From positions 1,184 to 33,183 of the forward strand of contig JADGIF010000028.1 of NCBI GenBank assembly GCA_018985225.1: DNA of 32,000 nt, given 5' to 3'. Positions 30,500 through 32,000 of the stretch are shown one piece after another. The translations under genes and the position numbers were made by a program. The notes beneath the pieces were generated by a model. The model made no database searches. It had not been told where the DNA came from and was given only the letters and a program-made list of their open reading frames with translations. Source of the DNA: Amoeboradix gromovi X-113 (lineage: Eukaryota; Fungi; Sanchytriomycota). The stretch's first letter is position 1. Every line of letters begins with the position of its first letter.

Positions 30500-30960
30500 T
30501 GCGAGTCTAATCCTTCACAATTGCGCAGTAGATAGTGAATAGCCGTTGCTTACACATTCGGATCTTAATCTACGACTACACCGCATTTCGTGCACTGGCG
30601 TACCTCGGACCTCTGCTTATACTCTTATATTGCCATCGTTCCAAATGACAGCTGGCGCAATCTTGGGTTGTTTTAAACAGGACCAAGTAAGACTGATGAT
30701 CTTCTGCCAAATCAGTACACTGGTTTCTTGTTTAGGTTATTGCAACGCCCATTCAAGTTATTCTTGTAACTGCCGTCACGATAGTAAATCACTTTATTGT
30801 AAGGTTCTTTCGCTTTTTAATCTTGCTTAGCCGATTTCTTACGTTTTAATTGTTTTGGTAATTGATTTGAAATTGGCTTTGCTTGCGCTTAATATAGGTT
30901 TTAGTGTTAGTGCAAAATATTACATGCCTTAGATATTCAGGTAGAAATTAAAAATGAAGC
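30500..30960 (-). pseudogene. Degraded TnpB/Fanzor-family nuclease (Fanzor1-like), C-terminal part, locus B
   Basis: Minus-strand translation: IFNFY...TYIKRKQ...NKVIYYRDGSYKNNLNG...NKKPVY*FGRRSSVLLGP/FKTTQDCASCH...VRQCTKCGVVVD*DPN. Both CxxC pairs are retained; boundaries approximate. Confidence 0.75.
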
Positions 30961-31003
30961 ACACACCACTTTCAAACGGCTTTGGAATTCAAGTTGAAAA
31001 AGA

Positions 31004-31809
31004 ATGATTAATGAGTGCCATAGATTTGAGTTCGAGTTCAAAGGTGAAATATTTCATTTCGAACGAGAGTTAATGTTGGCAACGGAAAAAAAAATTTCAT
31101 CTGGATTTTTTCAAGAAAATAGGGCAATGAGATATCGGTGTCTAAAGAACCTTTGGTTTATCACGATGCATCAACAAGGATCATTTGTAAATCGTGATTA
31201 AACAAGTATTACTCTACAATAACAAGGAACATAACCTATGAAAATCAAGTAGAATCTCCAATAAATATTGTGGCACTAGACCTAGGCGTATGTAATCTTC
31301 AAGCTACATATTGGTATATACAGATCAATCACTTTTTATGGACGGGAACCAAAAAATACTTAATATTTTACGTTTGTGTTGATTATATTAATAGAAATAT
31401 TGCGGACACCAAGAAAATGCAAAGTATAAATCCAAACATAAATTGCAGAATATCAAAAATAGACAGCGAAGAAAGCATGTTAATACCTAGTAATTAAAGA
31501 TATCACTAAACAATGCATTGTGGTAAAAGTTTTTGCATAACTATTCAGTGATCCTATTGCCAAAATTCCAGGTCAAGAAACAAAAAAGTAACATACTAAT
31601 CACTAGAAACGTTATCATTTCAACATAACAAACTAAATCAGAGATTCTTGCAAAATGTAATTTTGATTGACAAGAATTTTTTATTATAACGAGGCCTAAT
31701 CCACTATTGAGTGTTAAAACACAATCGGCAACCGGAAAATGCTTAAATTCTAGGCTGTTGATTTTGGAGATCAGGACCATGGAGAAACATCCAGCGAGCA
31801 TTAGCATCT
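31004..31809 (+). pseudogene. Degraded Fanzor/IS607-TnpB-like nuclease (Fanzor2-like), locus B
   Basis: SKEPLVYHDASTRIICKS*LNKYYSTITRNITYENQVESPINIVALDLGVCNLQATY (RuvC-I Asp at 31279), YKSKHKLQNIKNR, YSVILLPKF and NEA*STIEC. Colinear with 4135-4990. Confidence 0.85.
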
Positions 31810-32000
31810 GGGACACCAAATATAAAAACTAGACTAACTCGTTTTTAAAGGTGCTCCATGGTATCATTAATAAAAGATCTTCTATTATACCAATTTTCTT
31901 TCATTGATTGTATTCCTCTTTTCAAAATAAAACTAGAAGACCCTGCATCTCGTTCAAATATATGAGATCTCTGAGCATCTAAGCAAAAGGTGCATTTTCT
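31810..32000 (-). mobile_element. MITE family copy 3, right end, inverted, runs off the window
   Basis: Starts GGGACACCAAATATAAAAACTAGACTAACTCG and is the near-identical reverse complement of about 3047-3248. Confidence 0.92.

Overview
AT-rich, very gene-dense eukaryotic DNA in the standard genetic code, almost intron-free. It looks like a compact early-diverging fungal or holomycotan genome, but the taxon cannot be fixed from this window. There are about 27 protein genes, mostly housekeeping: GPX, DYS1, POP7-like, mitochondrial L17, THI80, F-box/WD40, TTI1, U2AF1, RPA12, COQ11-like, DPM1, HEM25-like, LSM6, SPF30, JTB-like and HRT3/FBXO9. Also present are two PacC-like zinc-finger paralogues, an M43 metalloprotease and a secreted protein resembling Cry delta-endotoxin domain I. 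The main find lies in two apparently non-coding regions (~3.26-5.07 kb and ~30.44-31.81 kb). These are homologous, decayed copies of one composite element carrying two divergently oriented TnpB/Fanzor-family genes of apparently different subtype. Each copy abuts a TIR-bounded MITE family that occurs three times in the window. DPM1 needs a 19-nt GT-AG intron, and three divergent gene pairs have only 18-27 bp between start codons. All family assignments come from motif recognition by eye; no searches were run.
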